NCBI GenBank assembly: GCA_965221695.1
Contig: OZ244905.1
Coordinates: 1,152,001-1,216,000 of the forward strand
DNA length: 64,000 bases
Reading direction: 5' to 3'
DNA from: Gammaproteobacteria bacterium
Lineage (GTDB): Bacteria; Pseudomonadota; Gammaproteobacteria; Eutrophobiales; Eutrophobiaceae
Under the pieces are notes generated by a model. It worked only from the letters and a program-made list of their open reading frames with translations. It made no database searches and was not told the DNA's origin. A program made the position numbers and the translations under genes. Of this stretch, positions 11,691 to 23,449 are shown one piece after another (position 1 is the stretch's first letter; each line of letters opens with the position of its first letter).

Positions 11691-12470
11691 TTACAGCCAA
11701 TGAACCTGTGTTTGTATGGCGCCGTCAGCAGTCAGGGTCAGGGTCCGATAAGCAGGCGGTTTTGTGTCAATCCCTGCCCGCTCCGCGCGCGCAAGAAACT
11801 GCACGCAGGTTGACGGTGAACCGAGCAAGCGCGCGCCATGACGGGTCACGGAAAATTCCTGGTGAATATGTCCCCAGATTATACCTCTTACGTTATCGTG
11901 CCGGTCCAGGGCCTTAAACAACGCCGCGCTGTTTTCCAGCGCCATGGAGTCCATCCATGGACTGCCGATAGTTACAGGATGGTGATGCAGGCAAACCAGG
12001 ACATGTCTGCCGCGAGAACGCGCCAGAGCAGTATCCAGACGGGACAGCTCGGTTGTGGACAGGCAACCGGCGTCGGAGCCAGGCTGATGGGTATTCAGCA
12101 GGATTATCGACCAGGCCGGTCCGGTGAGAAAGTTAGCGGCGCTGATGTTGTCACGGTTCAGCAGGCGCTCCATGAGTTCCGGATCGTCGTGGTTCCCGGC
12201 CAGGCAATACACCGGCAGTTCAAGCTGGCGGAGTATCCCGGCCAGTTTTTCATAGACCGCTACCGACGGATTGTTGGCCAGATCGCCCGTCAGTAGCACA
12301 AGATCGAGATCCTCATGACGCTTCACCGCGTTGATGATATCCAGCAAGGTGTCGGTGGTATTGACGCCGGCCAGAAGTTCGTTGTCGTCGGCGAAGATAT
12401 GTGTATCCGTCAGTTGCGCCAGTTTAATCTGCGCCGGGCGCTGACAATGCAGTTCAATATGCTGTAGCAT
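11691..12470 (-). CDS. cpdA: 3',5'-cyclic-AMP phosphodiesterase (metallophosphoesterase)
   Basis: TDTH, TGDL, GNHD, LHHHP, GHIH, PSTCVQF. Confidence 0.9.
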   Translation of the reverse strand: MLQHIELHCQRPAQIKLAQLTDTHIFADDNELLAGVNTTDTLLDIINAVKRHEDLDLVLLTGDLANNPSVAVYEKLAGILRQLELPVYCLAGNHDDPELMERLLNRDNISAANFLTGPAWSIILLNTHQPGSDAGCLSTTELSRLDTALARSRGRHVLVCLHHHPVTIGSPWMDSMALENSAALFKALDRHDNVRGIIWGHIHQEFSVTRHGARLLGSPSTCVQFLARAERAGIDTKPPAYRTLTLTADGAIQTQVHWL

Positions 12471-12495
12471 GGTTGTATTACATTCCAGGAAAAAA

Positions 12496-13161
12496 ATGAT
12501 GTCCAGCAGTTCTATTCATTTAACCGGGCAACTCTACAGGTATTTTCAGTCCGTGTCGTTACGGGAGGATGAAATCCTGCGTCGCTGCCGCGAGGAAACA
12601 GCAGAACATAAATGGGCCAACATGCAGATTTCCCCTGAGCAGGGACAGTTCATGACCATGCTGGTAAAGCTGCTCGATGCCAGGAAAATCATCGAACTCG
12701 GAGTATTTACCGGGTACAGCAGCCTGTGCATGGCCAGAGCGCTGCCGGCGGGTGGCAAACTCATTGCCTGTGATGTGAACAAGGAATACACCGATAAGGC
12801 CAGCCAGTACTGGCAAGCGGCCGGTGTTGCGGAGAAAATCGAGTTGCGCTTGGCCCCGGCTCTTGACACCTTGACCGACCTGCTGCGCCACGGCGAGGCG
12901 GGCAACTTCGATTTCATATTTGTCGATGCGATAAAGGAAGAATATTCTGACTATTATCCTTTGAACTACCGTTTATTACGGCGCGGCGGTCTGATGGCCA
13001 TAGACAATGTGCTCTGGGGGGGCAATGTGGCCGACCCGGAAAATCAAACAGCCGAAACCAACGCGATCCGCGCCTTCAACAAAATGGCGCATGAAGATGA
13101 CCGGGTGGATATCTGTATGCTCCCGGTCGGCGACGGCCTAAGCCTGATCAGGAAACGCTGA
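12496..13161 (+). CDS. SAM-dependent O-methyltransferase (CCoAOMT/COMT-like)
   Basis: MQISPEQGQF, IELGVFTGYS, FDFIFVDA, DNVLWGG, LPVGDGL; AGGA RBS before 12496. Confidence 0.9.
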   Translation: MMSSSSIHLTGQLYRYFQSVSLREDEILRRCREETAEHKWANMQISPEQGQFMTMLVKLLDARKIIELGVFTGYSSLCMARALPAGGKLIACDVNKEYTDKASQYWQAAGVAEKIELRLAPALDTLTDLLRHGEAGNFDFIFVDAIKEEYSDYYPLNYRLLRRGGLMAIDNVLWGGNVADPENQTAETNAIRAFNKMAHEDDRVDICMLPVGDGLSLIRKR

Positions 13162-13164
13162 GCC

Positions 13165-14550
<1,386 letters not shown>

Positions 14551-14593
14551 TAAGGCTCTAAGCGCTGGCAACATTTTATCGGAAACCTGGTTT

Positions 14594-15943
14594 ATGCGTT
14601 TTTTTCAATTGTTGGCGCGTCCGTTTGTCGCATTCGTAGAGCGATACTATCCGGACCCGTTTGTATTCGTGGTCCTGCTCTCCGCGCTCACCTTCGTGTT
14701 GTCCCTGGTCCTGGCCGATGCGACACCGGCCAGCGCCCTGTCCACCTGGGGCGACGGCCTACCCAGCCTGCTGAGCTTTACGTCCCAGATCTGCATTACC
14801 CTGCTGACGGCCCATGCGCTGGCCCATACCGACCGGGTGCAAGCCCTGTTGAAGCGCGTCGGCAATATTCCGAACAGCGCCACAGGCGCTTATGCCCTGG
14901 TAGCATTCAGCGCCGGCATCGGTTCGCTTATTGCCTGGTCGCTGGGTCTCATCGCAGGAGCCACCGTGGCGCGTGAAGTCGCCAGACAGAGCGTCGCAAG
15001 AGGCCTACGGATTCACTACCCATTACTGGTCGCATCCGCCTACGCCGGTTTTGTCATCTGGCACATGGGTTATTCCTCATCCGCCGGACTGTTTGTCGCC
15101 ACCGCCGGTCATTCGCTGGAAGCGCAAATCGGCGTCATCCCGATCACAGAGACCGTGTTTACACTGCGCAACGGCCTGCTGGCGTTGATTACCCTGGTCA
15201 TCATCACTGCCATCTGCCCGTTAATGCGCCCCAAAGAACAAGAAATAATCGAGATCTACCCCGTCCTGCTTGAGGAGCGCGCCGAAGAACCCGGCGCGCG
15301 GGCCGGGCGTCAGACCTTTGCCCAGTATCTTGACGCCATGCGCCCCCTGACGCTGCTCCTCGGCGCCGGCCTGTTCTGCTATATCGGCTACAGTTTCTAC
15401 GCACAAGGCTTTCACCTGAACCTGAACCTGGTGAACTGGTCATTCCTGGGCGCCGGCCTGCTGCTGGCGCGCTCGCCTTCCCATTACGTGCAATTAATCA
15501 ACAACGCAAGTTCGACCATCGGACCCGTGCTCATTCAATACCCGTTCTATGCCGGTATCCTGGGCATGATGCAGGGAACCGGGCTCGCCGGCATCATCTC
15601 CGACTGGTTCACCGCTATAGCAACCCCGCAGACACTCGGCTTCTTCGCGTTTCTCTGCGCCGGCCTCGTCAACATGTTCATCCCGTCAGGGGGCGGCCAA
15701 TGGGCAGTGCAAGGCCCGATTTTCATCGAAGCCGGGCAGAACCTGGGAGTCGATCCCTCCATCATCGTGCTGGCCATCTCCTACGGCGACCAGTGGACGA
15801 ACATGATCCAACCCTTCTGGACCATCCCCCTACTGGCGATAGCGGGCCTGCACATGCGCCAGATCATGGGCTACACCTTCGTCATATTCCTGCTGACCCT
15901 GTTCCTGTTCGGCGGTGGTTTGCTGCTCTGGGGCGCGGGGTAA
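14594..15943 (+). CDS. atoE: Short-chain fatty acid transporter (AtoE family)
   Basis: ERYYPDPFVF, HYPLLVASAY, NMFIPSGGGQW, GDQWTNMIQPFW. Confidence 0.88.
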   Translation: MRFFQLLARPFVAFVERYYPDPFVFVVLLSALTFVLSLVLADATPASALSTWGDGLPSLLSFTSQICITLLTAHALAHTDRVQALLKRVGNIPNSATGAYALVAFSAGIGSLIAWSLGLIAGATVAREVARQSVARGLRIHYPLLVASAYAGFVIWHMGYSSSAGLFVATAGHSLEAQIGVIPITETVFTLRNGLLALITLVIITAICPLMRPKEQEIIEIYPVLLEERAEEPGARAGRQTFAQYLDAMRPLTLLLGAGLFCYIGYSFYAQGFHLNLNLVNWSFLGAGLLLARSPSHYVQLINNASSTIGPVLIQYPFYAGILGMMQGTGLAGIISDWFTAIATPQTLGFFAFLCAGLVNMFIPSGGGQWAVQGPIFIEAGQNLGVDPSIIVLAISYGDQWTNMIQPFWTIPLLAIAGLHMRQIMGYTFVIFLLTLFLFGGGLLLWGAG

Positions 15944-15944
15944 T

Positions 15945-18200
15945 TCAAAACTGAAACGTCACCTCGCCGCCGATGACGCGGCCCTTGGCCAGGGGGGCAT
16001 AGGCGCCGCCCAGGGGAATGGGGCCGAGCATTGATGGAAGCTGGGTGTCGCCGCCATGCTTGACCTCATTCAGCAGGTTCTTGCCGTAGATTGACAATAC
16101 CCAGCGGCTGTTGGCCAGGTGGAAGTCCAGGCCGGCATCCAGGATCTTCTGCGAGAGGATATAACCCAGGTTGTTGTCGGTGAAAAACGATTTGTCCCGG
16201 TAGGAGTAGCGGACCCGTGTGTCGATATCACCCCAATCACCGGCTTGCAGGCGGTGCATCAGCCCCAGGCTCCAGGTCCACTCTGCGGCGCGCGGCAGGT
16301 CCAGGTCTTTGTCGCGATCATCAATCCCGCCATCGCTGTTCAGGTCGAAACTCACTTTCTTGTACTCCGGGTCCAGCCAGCCAACGGAACCGGTAACCTG
16401 GATATTTTCCGCCAGGCTTAGCGCGCCGTCCAACTCGAAACCGAGTATTTCGGCGTCTGCCGTGTTCTTGATCACCTGCACGACTCCGGAGATGGGGTCG
16501 GCCAGGTTGACTTCCCGCTGCATGTCTTCGATGTCATTGAAAAACAGCGCGCCGTTCAGGTAACCCTGGGCAAAACTCAATTTCCAACCGATTTCATAGT
16601 TATCAACGGTCTCGTCCTCAAACGGTCCGGGGCCAAGGTTTACCACATCGATGGCGGTGTTGCGCAGGTTGTAGCCACCGGAACGGAAGCCCCGGCTCCA
16701 ATGCGCGTACAGGCGCGCGCGATCAGTGACGCGCCAGCTCATACCCACCTTGGGAGACCAGCTATCCCACTCTTTATCATCGGTAAAATCAAAATTGCAA
16801 GTGTCTTCAAGCACATTGCAGGGCGAGTTGACGTTTCTGACCAGGGAGGCGATGCGCGCCTTCTTTTCTTCCGATGTGTAGCGCAAACCGGCGCTGAATG
16901 TGATCGAATCGCTCAGGTCATAGTCCACCGCCGCGAACACGCCGATGGTTTCCACTTCGTATTCGCCCCCGCCATCCTGGGTCAATGCCGGAGAGCCGTC
17001 CGGGGTCACCAGCCCCAGCAGGTTGCGCCGCTCATGGTAAACAATGTCGTTGTTGAAATAGTAAACGCCCGTAGTCAGGTTGACACGCTGCGCAAACACG
17101 CCATTGTAGCGCAGCTCGTTGCTCACCTGTTCCTTGTCCTCGTAGCCAAACGCGTGAAACAGGCTGACAGGTTGGGCATCGATATCGCTCAGCAACGCCA
17201 ATTCTTCGCTTCGATAGCCGAAAATGTTGGTAATCTTGCCGTTTTCGCCGACGTTCAAGTTAAGTTCAGCGCTGACAAAATGCGTTTCCACATCCAGGAA
17301 GCCTTCCTCATTTATGGAAAAATCGTGGCTGTCCCGGTCAAAGCTCAGCGGTTTGGCGTCGATCCCGAGCCCGTTGGTATGCGCCTGAGAAACGGAACCG
17401 TCACCGTCGATTTCCCTGTACTGGTAACGCAATACCAGTTCCACCCTGTCGCCGGCCTGCCAGACCACGACCGGGCGAAACATCAGTTGTTCCAGGGCGC
17501 CGAAGTCATTGCCGTTCAACTCGTTCTCAAACCAGCCATCATCATCGTTGTAGTATGCCGTGACACCGATACTGAGGCCGTCACCGACCGGGCCGCCAAT
17601 GCTGCCCATCAGGTACTTGTTCAGTCCGCCGTCACCGCCGCCGTCCAGCGCGGCGCGCACGCGGGCCTCGAATTCCTCACCGGGTTTCCGGGTGTTCATG
17701 AGGATGGCGCCACCGGTCACGTTGCGCCCGAACAGGATGCCTTGCGGGCCGCGCAGGACTTCGATGCTTTCCAGGTCAAAAGCATCGAACGCAGCGCCGG
17801 TATTTGACCCCAGATAAACGCCGTCAACGAAGATGCCCACGGTGGGGTCGATGGACGGGATGGAACTGTTCACCCCCAGGCCGCGTATGGAAAAGTTGGA
17901 GATGCCCCTGGCAGTGCCAATCTCATCCAGGGCCACATTGGGCAGACTCACTGCCAGGTCGGTCAGGCCGCGTAGTTTGCGCGCGTCGATCTCATCAGCT
18001 CCCAGCGCGCTGATCGAAAGCGGCGTATCAAATAACGTTTCTTCCCGTTTTAGCGCGGTCACCACGACCTCTTCCAGCATGGGCAGCATATCCCGCTGTT
18101 GTCCGGATTCCTGCGTGTTCGCGGTGAGTGGAGTGAAAATACCGTTTAGTACAATCAGCGCGGTAAACAGAATGGAACTATTGCGATATCGGTTGAACAT
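15945..18200 (-). CDS. TonB-dependent receptor
   Basis: Signal peptide, LEEVVVTALKREE, plug IEVLRGPQGILFGRN, C-terminal Phe. Confidence 0.92.
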   Translation of the reverse strand: MFNRYRNSSILFTALIVLNGIFTPLTANTQESGQQRDMLPMLEEVVVTALKREETLFDTPLSISALGADEIDARKLRGLTDLAVSLPNVALDEIGTARGISNFSIRGLGVNSSIPSIDPTVGIFVDGVYLGSNTGAAFDAFDLESIEVLRGPQGILFGRNVTGGAILMNTRKPGEEFEARVRAALDGGGDGGLNKYLMGSIGGPVGDGLSIGVTAYYNDDDGWFENELNGNDFGALEQLMFRPVVVWQAGDRVELVLRYQYREIDGDGSVSQAHTNGLGIDAKPLSFDRDSHDFSINEEGFLDVETHFVSAELNLNVGENGKITNIFGYRSEELALLSDIDAQPVSLFHAFGYEDKEQVSNELRYNGVFAQRVNLTTGVYYFNNDIVYHERRNLLGLVTPDGSPALTQDGGGEYEVETIGVFAAVDYDLSDSITFSAGLRYTSEEKKARIASLVRNVNSPCNVLEDTCNFDFTDDKEWDSWSPKVGMSWRVTDRARLYAHWSRGFRSGGYNLRNTAIDVVNLGPGPFEDETVDNYEIGWKLSFAQGYLNGALFFNDIEDMQREVNLADPISGVVQVIKNTADAEILGFELDGALSLAENIQVTGSVGWLDPEYKKVSFDLNSDGGIDDRDKDLDLPRAAEWTWSLGLMHRLQAGDWGDIDTRVRYSYRDKSFFTDNNLGYILSQKILDAGLDFHLANSRWVLSIYGKNLLNEVKHGGDTQLPSMLGPIPLGGAYAPLAKGRVIGGEVTFQF

Positions 18201-18217
18201 TTGACACCCCCCTCAGT

Positions 18218-20164
18218 TTAAGAAGCTAAACCATCACTTAGTTGATCCAGTGTACACGATTCATGGCGTCGAAAAAAAGCTTCCACGTCCTGTAACTCGC
18301 TGGTATGCGCCATCTCCGGCAAGCTGTTCAGGAAAATCCTGCCGTAGGGTCGGGTCCTGAGCCTGGGGTCGCCGATCATCAACGCGCCGTAATCGCTGCT
18401 GTCCCTGATCAAGCGTCCGATGCCCTGTTTCAAGGCCAGCGCCGCTTCGGGCACCTGGTATTCCAGGAACGGATTCCTACCCTGCTCCTCCATCCGGGTC
18501 AGTCTCGCTTTCAATACCGGATCGCCTGGAGAGGCGAACGGCAGTTTGTCGATGATGACGCAGGACAGGGCCTGTCCCCGGACATCCACCCCCTCCCAGA
18601 AACTGCTGGTGCCCAGCAATACCGCTTGGGGGGTGGTCCTGAAGGTTTCCAGCAGTTCTGTACGCGGCGCGTCTCCCTGTACCAGGATCGGATAATCCAG
18701 CGCATCGCCGACCAGTTCGGCAGCCTGGCGCAGCGCCCGGTGGCTGGTAAACAGGAAAAATGCCCGTCCCCTGGTGAGGCGCAACAGCGGGACCGCTTTT
18801 TCCACCAGCCTCTCAGTAAAATCGCTCGCACCTGGTTCGGGTAAGCCCGGGGGCAGATACAACAGTGACTGGCTAGTGAAGTCGAACGGGCTATCCCAGT
18901 CGCAGGTTTTGACCTGTTCCAGGCCGAGGCGCGCAGAAAAATAGTCAAACTGCCGGTTCACACTCAGGGTTGCAGAGGTAAACACGTTTATGCACTCGAA
19001 TTCCTGCATGCGCGCGCGGAACACGCCGGCAATATCCAACGGGGTCTGGTGCAGGAAAAACCCGTTGCCGCGTAGTTCAAGCCAGCGGATGAACTCATCT
19101 TGTTCGCGTTCGTTGAAGCGATCCAACAATGCCGATGCTGTAACCACTCGCTTGTGGCAGTGTTCCAGTAACTTACCTCGACCGGCGAAGTCCTCCAGCG
19201 CCTTGTGTACGGCAGCAATTTTCTCCAGAAGGGTCGATAATGCGGCGCTTACCTTCTCCTTTATCTCAGCCCAGGCGATGCGGCTGTCTTCCCGCGGGAA
19301 ACTCAGGATCAAGTCGCGGATTGCTTTTTGAACCTGATCCAGCACTTCCGGAAAATCAGGCAGGTCCGCGGCCTCCTCAAAGTACGCTTTCCTGGTGTCG
19401 GACACCAGTTCCAGCAGTTGCCGGCTGCCCAGGGTCTCGCTGAAAAACTGTGAAGCCAGTTCCGGCAACTGGTGTGCCTCGTCGAACACCACCATCTCCG
19501 CGCTGGGCAGCAGTTCGCCGTAACCGGCCTCCTTCAGCGCCATGTCCGCCAGGAACAGGTGATGGTTGACGACAGCCAGGTCCGCGTCCGCGGCGCGGCG
19601 GCGGGCGCGGAAAATGAAACAATCATCATAAAAGTCACATTCCTGGCCCAGGCAGTTATCGGTGGTGGAAACGCAGTGGGACCTGACGGAAGCCTGTTCC
19701 GGAATATGGGTCAACTCGGCCAGGTCGCCACTATCTGTCTGTTGCGACCAATCCCGAATATCAGCCAGGTAACTTCTGTCCTGCGGTTGTAGACGGCGCG
19801 GGTCGGTTTCCGCTTGTCTCAGACGATGCAGACACAGGTAATTGGCGCGCCCCTTCAACAACGCCGCCTTAAGCGTCCGGCCGACGGCTGCGCGCACCAG
19901 CGGCAGATCGCGGGCAAAAAGCTGGTCCTGCAGATGTTTGGTGCCGGTAGAGATGACCACTTTACGGCCCGACTGAATCGCCGGCACAAGGTATGCAAAG
20001 GTTTTGCCGGTGCCGGTGCCGGCCTCGCAGATCAGTGATTCACCCTGGTCTATCGCCTCCCGTATAGCCTCGGCCATCTCGAGCTGCTGCGGCCGAGCCG
20101 AGAAATCCTGGACCAGGCCCGACAGGACGCCGTCTTCACCGAGGATTTCTATCGGTGTTTGCAT
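18218..20164 (-). CDS. yoaA: ATP-dependent DNA helicase, DinG/YoaA family
   Basis: AGTGTGKT, Fe-S cysteines, DEAH, SFWEGVD, LKQGIGRLIR. Confidence 0.9.
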   Translation of the reverse strand: MQTPIEILGEDGVLSGLVQDFSARPQQLEMAEAIREAIDQGESLICEAGTGTGKTFAYLVPAIQSGRKVVISTGTKHLQDQLFARDLPLVRAAVGRTLKAALLKGRANYLCLHRLRQAETDPRRLQPQDRSYLADIRDWSQQTDSGDLAELTHIPEQASVRSHCVSTTDNCLGQECDFYDDCFIFRARRRAADADLAVVNHHLFLADMALKEAGYGELLPSAEMVVFDEAHQLPELASQFFSETLGSRQLLELVSDTRKAYFEEAADLPDFPEVLDQVQKAIRDLILSFPREDSRIAWAEIKEKVSAALSTLLEKIAAVHKALEDFAGRGKLLEHCHKRVVTASALLDRFNEREQDEFIRWLELRGNGFFLHQTPLDIAGVFRARMQEFECINVFTSATLSVNRQFDYFSARLGLEQVKTCDWDSPFDFTSQSLLYLPPGLPEPGASDFTERLVEKAVPLLRLTRGRAFFLFTSHRALRQAAELVGDALDYPILVQGDAPRTELLETFRTTPQAVLLGTSSFWEGVDVRGQALSCVIIDKLPFASPGDPVLKARLTRMEEQGRNPFLEYQVPEAALALKQGIGRLIRDSSDYGALMIGDPRLRTRPYGRIFLNSLPEMAHTSELQDVEAFFRRHESCTLDQLSDGLAS

Positions 20165-20203
20165 TTGAAGTCCTTTTAAGGTGTCAGAGTGATAACCAAC
20201 GGT

Positions 20204-20770
20204 TTATTTCACACGACTCACATACTCCCCCGTGCGGGTATCCACCTTGATTCTCTCGTCCTGCTCAATGAACAAGGGCACCTTGACGGTGGCTCCGGTT
20301 TCCAGGACGGCCGGTTTGGCGCCGCCGGAGGCCGTGTCGCCGCGTACACCCGGGTCAGTTTCGGTGATCGTGAGTTCGACGAAGTTCGGCGGCTGCACGG
20401 TCAGCGGCGCGCCATTCCATAAAGTCACCCCACAGTTCTCCTCCCCGGTCAGCCATTGGGCGGCATTGCCCAGCGCAGTCTCATCGACTTCGACCTGCTC
20501 ATAGGTGTTCATGTCCATGAAATACCAGATATCACCATCGTTATAGAGGTACTGCAACGTCACCTCCATCACGTCAGCAGCGGGCACGCTCTCACCGGAC
20601 TTGTAGGTCTTTTCCAGCACTCTGTCCGTCTTCAGGTTGCGAATCCTGATGCGCGTGAAGGCCTGCCCCTTGCCCGGCTTGACAAACTCACTCTCCAGTA
20701 TCGCGCAGGGGTCGCCATCGATAATCAGTTTCAGGCCAGGTTTGAATTCGTTTGTGCCGTAGTTCGCCAT
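20204..20770 (-). CDS. efp: Elongation factor P
   Basis: VKPGKGQAF (Lys-type loop), [21 protein letters not shown]; start reassigned to MANYG at 20770. Confidence 0.96.
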   Translation of the reverse strand: MANYGTNEFKPGLKLIIDGDPCAILESEFVKPGKGQAFTRIRIRNLKTDRVLEKTYKSGESVPAADVMEVTLQYLYNDGDIWYFMDMNTYEQVEVDETALGNAAQWLTGEENCGVTLWNGAPLTVQPPNFVELTITETDPGVRGDTASGGAKPAVLETGATVKVPLFIEQDERIKVDTRTGEYVSRVK

Positions 20771-20777
20771 GTTTTCT

Positions 20778-23027
20778 TCAATCCGGTTTAATTGTCGCCA
20801 CCTGCCGGTAGCCCCGCGGCAGGACGCTGCCGCGACGGCCGCGTGCGCCATGATAATGGTTCCAGTCCTTCGGTTTCAAGGTCAGGTGGCGTTTGCCGGA
20901 CTCCAGCCGCAGCTTGTCTTTTTTTCCGAATACGGTGAAAGCAACCAGGTACTCCTCCCGATTCTTGAGCCTGGCCGGCGGCATCTGCATGATCTTGACC
21001 CCTTTGCCCCGGGCCAGTTGCGGGAACTCGGCCAAGTCCGTCACCAGCAGGCGACCCTCTGAACTCACCGCGGCCACCAGGTCCTGCTGGTGATCAGTTA
21101 CCGCTACCGGCGGCAGGATCAGCGCGGACTGTGGCACGTTCAACACTGCTTTGCCGGCTTTCACCTTCACATACAGGTCGCCCAGCCTGGCGACGAACCC
21201 ATAGCCGGCATCGGTGGCAAGAAAATACAGGTCATCACTCTCACCCAGCATCACACCGACGAAGGCGGCGCCGTCCGGCGGCGTTACCCAGGCCGACACC
21301 GGTTCGCCATGACTGCGCGCCGACGGCAGGATGTGCGAAGGAATGGAATAGCAGCGGCCGGTGGTATCAAGAAATACTGCCAACTGGTTGCTGCGCCCCA
21401 TCGCAGCCTGCCTGAAATTATCGCCGGCCCGGTAAGTCAGGGTTTCCGAGTTGATGTCATGCCCTTTCGCGGCCCTCACCCAACCTTTCTCGGACAGTAT
21501 TACCGTCAGCGGTTCCGTAGGCAACAGTTTTGTCTCATCCAACGCCCGGGCTTCTTCGCGCTGTTCCAGGGGTGAGCGACGCGCATCGCCGAACTTTTCC
21601 ATATCAGCCCGGATTTCCTCCTTAACCTGGTTCTTCAAACGGGTGGCCGAACCCAGTATCTGCCGTAGCTGCTCGCGTTCTTGCTGCAACTCGTCCAGTT
21701 CACCGCGGATCTTTATCTCCTCCAGTTTGGCAAGACGCCGTAACCTGAGGTCGAGAATGGCCTCAGCCTGAGCATCGGACAGGTGAAATCGCCGCATCAA
21801 CTCCTGCTTGGGGTCGTCTTCCTCGCGTATGATCCGAATCACTTCGTCAATGTTCAGGTACGCGATCATCAGGCCTTCCAGCACATGCAGCCGCTGCTCA
21901 ACCTGCTCCAGCCGATACTGCAGGCGCCGGCGCACCGTCTCCGTGCGGTACTGCAACCACTCCTCCAGGATGGTCTTCAGGTCCTTGACCTGGGGCCGAC
22001 CATTGATGCCGATCATGTTCAGGTTGACCCGGTAACTGCGTTCCAGGTCCGTCGTGGCGAACAGGTGCGACATCAGTTCCGTCAGGTTGACACGGTTGGA
22101 GCGCGGGATAAACACCAACCGGGTCGGATTCTCATGGTCGGATTCATCGCGCAGATCCGCCAGCATGGGTAGTTTCTTCGCCTGCATCTGCGCGGCCACC
22201 TGTTCCAGAATCCTGTTCCCCGATGTCTGGTATGGCAACGCAGTCACGATTACGTTCCCGGCCTCCTTCTCCCACTTGGCCCGCAGTTTCACCGAACCGT
22301 AACCGCTTCGATAGATTTCCCGGATTTCAGTTGCCGGCGTAATTATTTCCGCCTCTGTGGGAAAGTCCGGGCCTTGCACATGGTCGAACAGATCATCAAT
22401 CGTACTTCGGGGCTGCTCCAGCAGGTGGATGCAGGCGCCGGCCACCTCCTCCAGGTTGTGGGGCGGTATGTCCGTCGCCATGCCGACAGCAATGCCCGTG
22501 GCGCCGTTCAATAATATATTCGGCAGGCGCGCAGGCAACAGCTTAGGCTCCTGCAGGGTGCCGTCGAAATTAGGAACCCAGTCAACCGTCCCCTGCCCCA
22601 GTTCCGCCAGCAGCGTCTGGCTATATGGTTTGAGCCTGGATTCCGTGTAGCGCATGGCCGCAAACGACTTGGGGTCGTCCATGGAACCCCAGTTCCCCTG
22701 GCCGTCGATAATGGGATAGCGGTAGCTGAAGTCCTGGGCCATCAGTACCATGGCCTCGTAACAGGCGCTGTCTCCGTGCGGATGGAACTTGCCGATAACG
22801 TCTCCCACCGTGCGGGCCGACTTCTTGAACTTGGCGGCCGCGCTCAGGCCCAGTTCCGACATCGCGTAGATGATGCGCCGCTGTACCGGCTTTAAACCGT
22901 CGCCGATGTGCGGCAGCGCACGGTCCAGGATGACATACATGGAGTAATCCAGGTATGCCTTTTCGGTAAATTCATATAAGGGTCGGGTTTCGTTCTGCTC
23001 GAAATCCAAGACAAGATTTTGCGACAT
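20778..23027 (-). CDS. parC: DNA topoisomerase IV subunit A
   Basis: [27 protein letters not shown]. Confidence 0.97.
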   Translation of the reverse strand: MSQNLVLDFEQNETRPLYEFTEKAYLDYSMYVILDRALPHIGDGLKPVQRRIIYAMSELGLSAAAKFKKSARTVGDVIGKFHPHGDSACYEAMVLMAQDFSYRYPIIDGQGNWGSMDDPKSFAAMRYTESRLKPYSQTLLAELGQGTVDWVPNFDGTLQEPKLLPARLPNILLNGATGIAVGMATDIPPHNLEEVAGACIHLLEQPRSTIDDLFDHVQGPDFPTEAEIITPATEIREIYRSGYGSVKLRAKWEKEAGNVIVTALPYQTSGNRILEQVAAQMQAKKLPMLADLRDESDHENPTRLVFIPRSNRVNLTELMSHLFATTDLERSYRVNLNMIGINGRPQVKDLKTILEEWLQYRTETVRRRLQYRLEQVEQRLHVLEGLMIAYLNIDEVIRIIREEDDPKQELMRRFHLSDAQAEAILDLRLRRLAKLEEIKIRGELDELQQEREQLRQILGSATRLKNQVKEEIRADMEKFGDARRSPLEQREEARALDETKLLPTEPLTVILSEKGWVRAAKGHDINSETLTYRAGDNFRQAAMGRSNQLAVFLDTTGRCYSIPSHILPSARSHGEPVSAWVTPPDGAAFVGVMLGESDDLYFLATDAGYGFVARLGDLYVKVKAGKAVLNVPQSALILPPVAVTDHQQDLVAAVSSEGRLLVTDLAEFPQLARGKGVKIMQMPPARLKNREEYLVAFTVFGKKDKLRLESGKRHLTLKPKDWNHYHGARGRRGSVLPRGYRQVATIKPD

Positions 23028-23032
23028 TACGC

Positions 23033-23064
23033 GTTCCTTTTACTAATGGTTCCTTTTACTAATG
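23033..23064. repeat. Perfect 16-bp tandem duplication covering the parC RBS
   Basis: GTTCCTTTTACTAATG at 23033-23048 and again at 23049-23064. Confidence 0.9.
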
Positions 23065-23234
23065 TCGCAAGCCCTGAAGACTGCGACGTGATGATATTGG
23101 AACATAGCACAGGCTGCGCAACACTGCAATGGGAGCTGCGATAACCGAATTCAATTCTGCCCCCCTCTGTTGAAGTTTAAATACCATCCATTCCGCATCA
23201 GAAGCCCGGAAGCTTGGTAGAGGATATGATATAG

Positions 23235-23271
23235 TTGAGAAAGCTCTAAGACTTAATCAGAGGTTGCTTAA
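23235..23271. mobile_element. Family A miniature element (degenerate short form)
   Basis: GAAAGCTCTAAGACTTAATCAGAGGTTGCTTAA. Confidence 0.7.
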
Positions 23272-23300
23272 CGCTACCGCAGCCGATAAGGATCGATATA

Positions 23301-23333
23301 AAGGAAGCTCTGACTTACATCAGAGGTTCCTAA
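23301..23333. mobile_element. Family A miniature element (short form)
   Basis: AAGGAAGCTCTGA-CTTACA-TCAGAGGTTCC-TAA. Confidence 0.8.
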
Positions 23334-23370
23334 AATTTATTCTTCTTTCTTAGAAAACCTGAATAAATAT

Positions 23371-23399
23371 TTGACAAAACTGAATTTTCTGAATATTAT
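23371..23399 (+). promoter_or_regulatory. Sigma70 promoter of the RTX gene
   Basis: TTGACA (23371-23376), 17 nt, TATTAT (23394-23399). Confidence 0.7.
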
Positions 23400-23449
23400 T
23401 TGGTTACGACACCCTCTGTTTCCTTCACTTGACATAAGAGATATTGATT

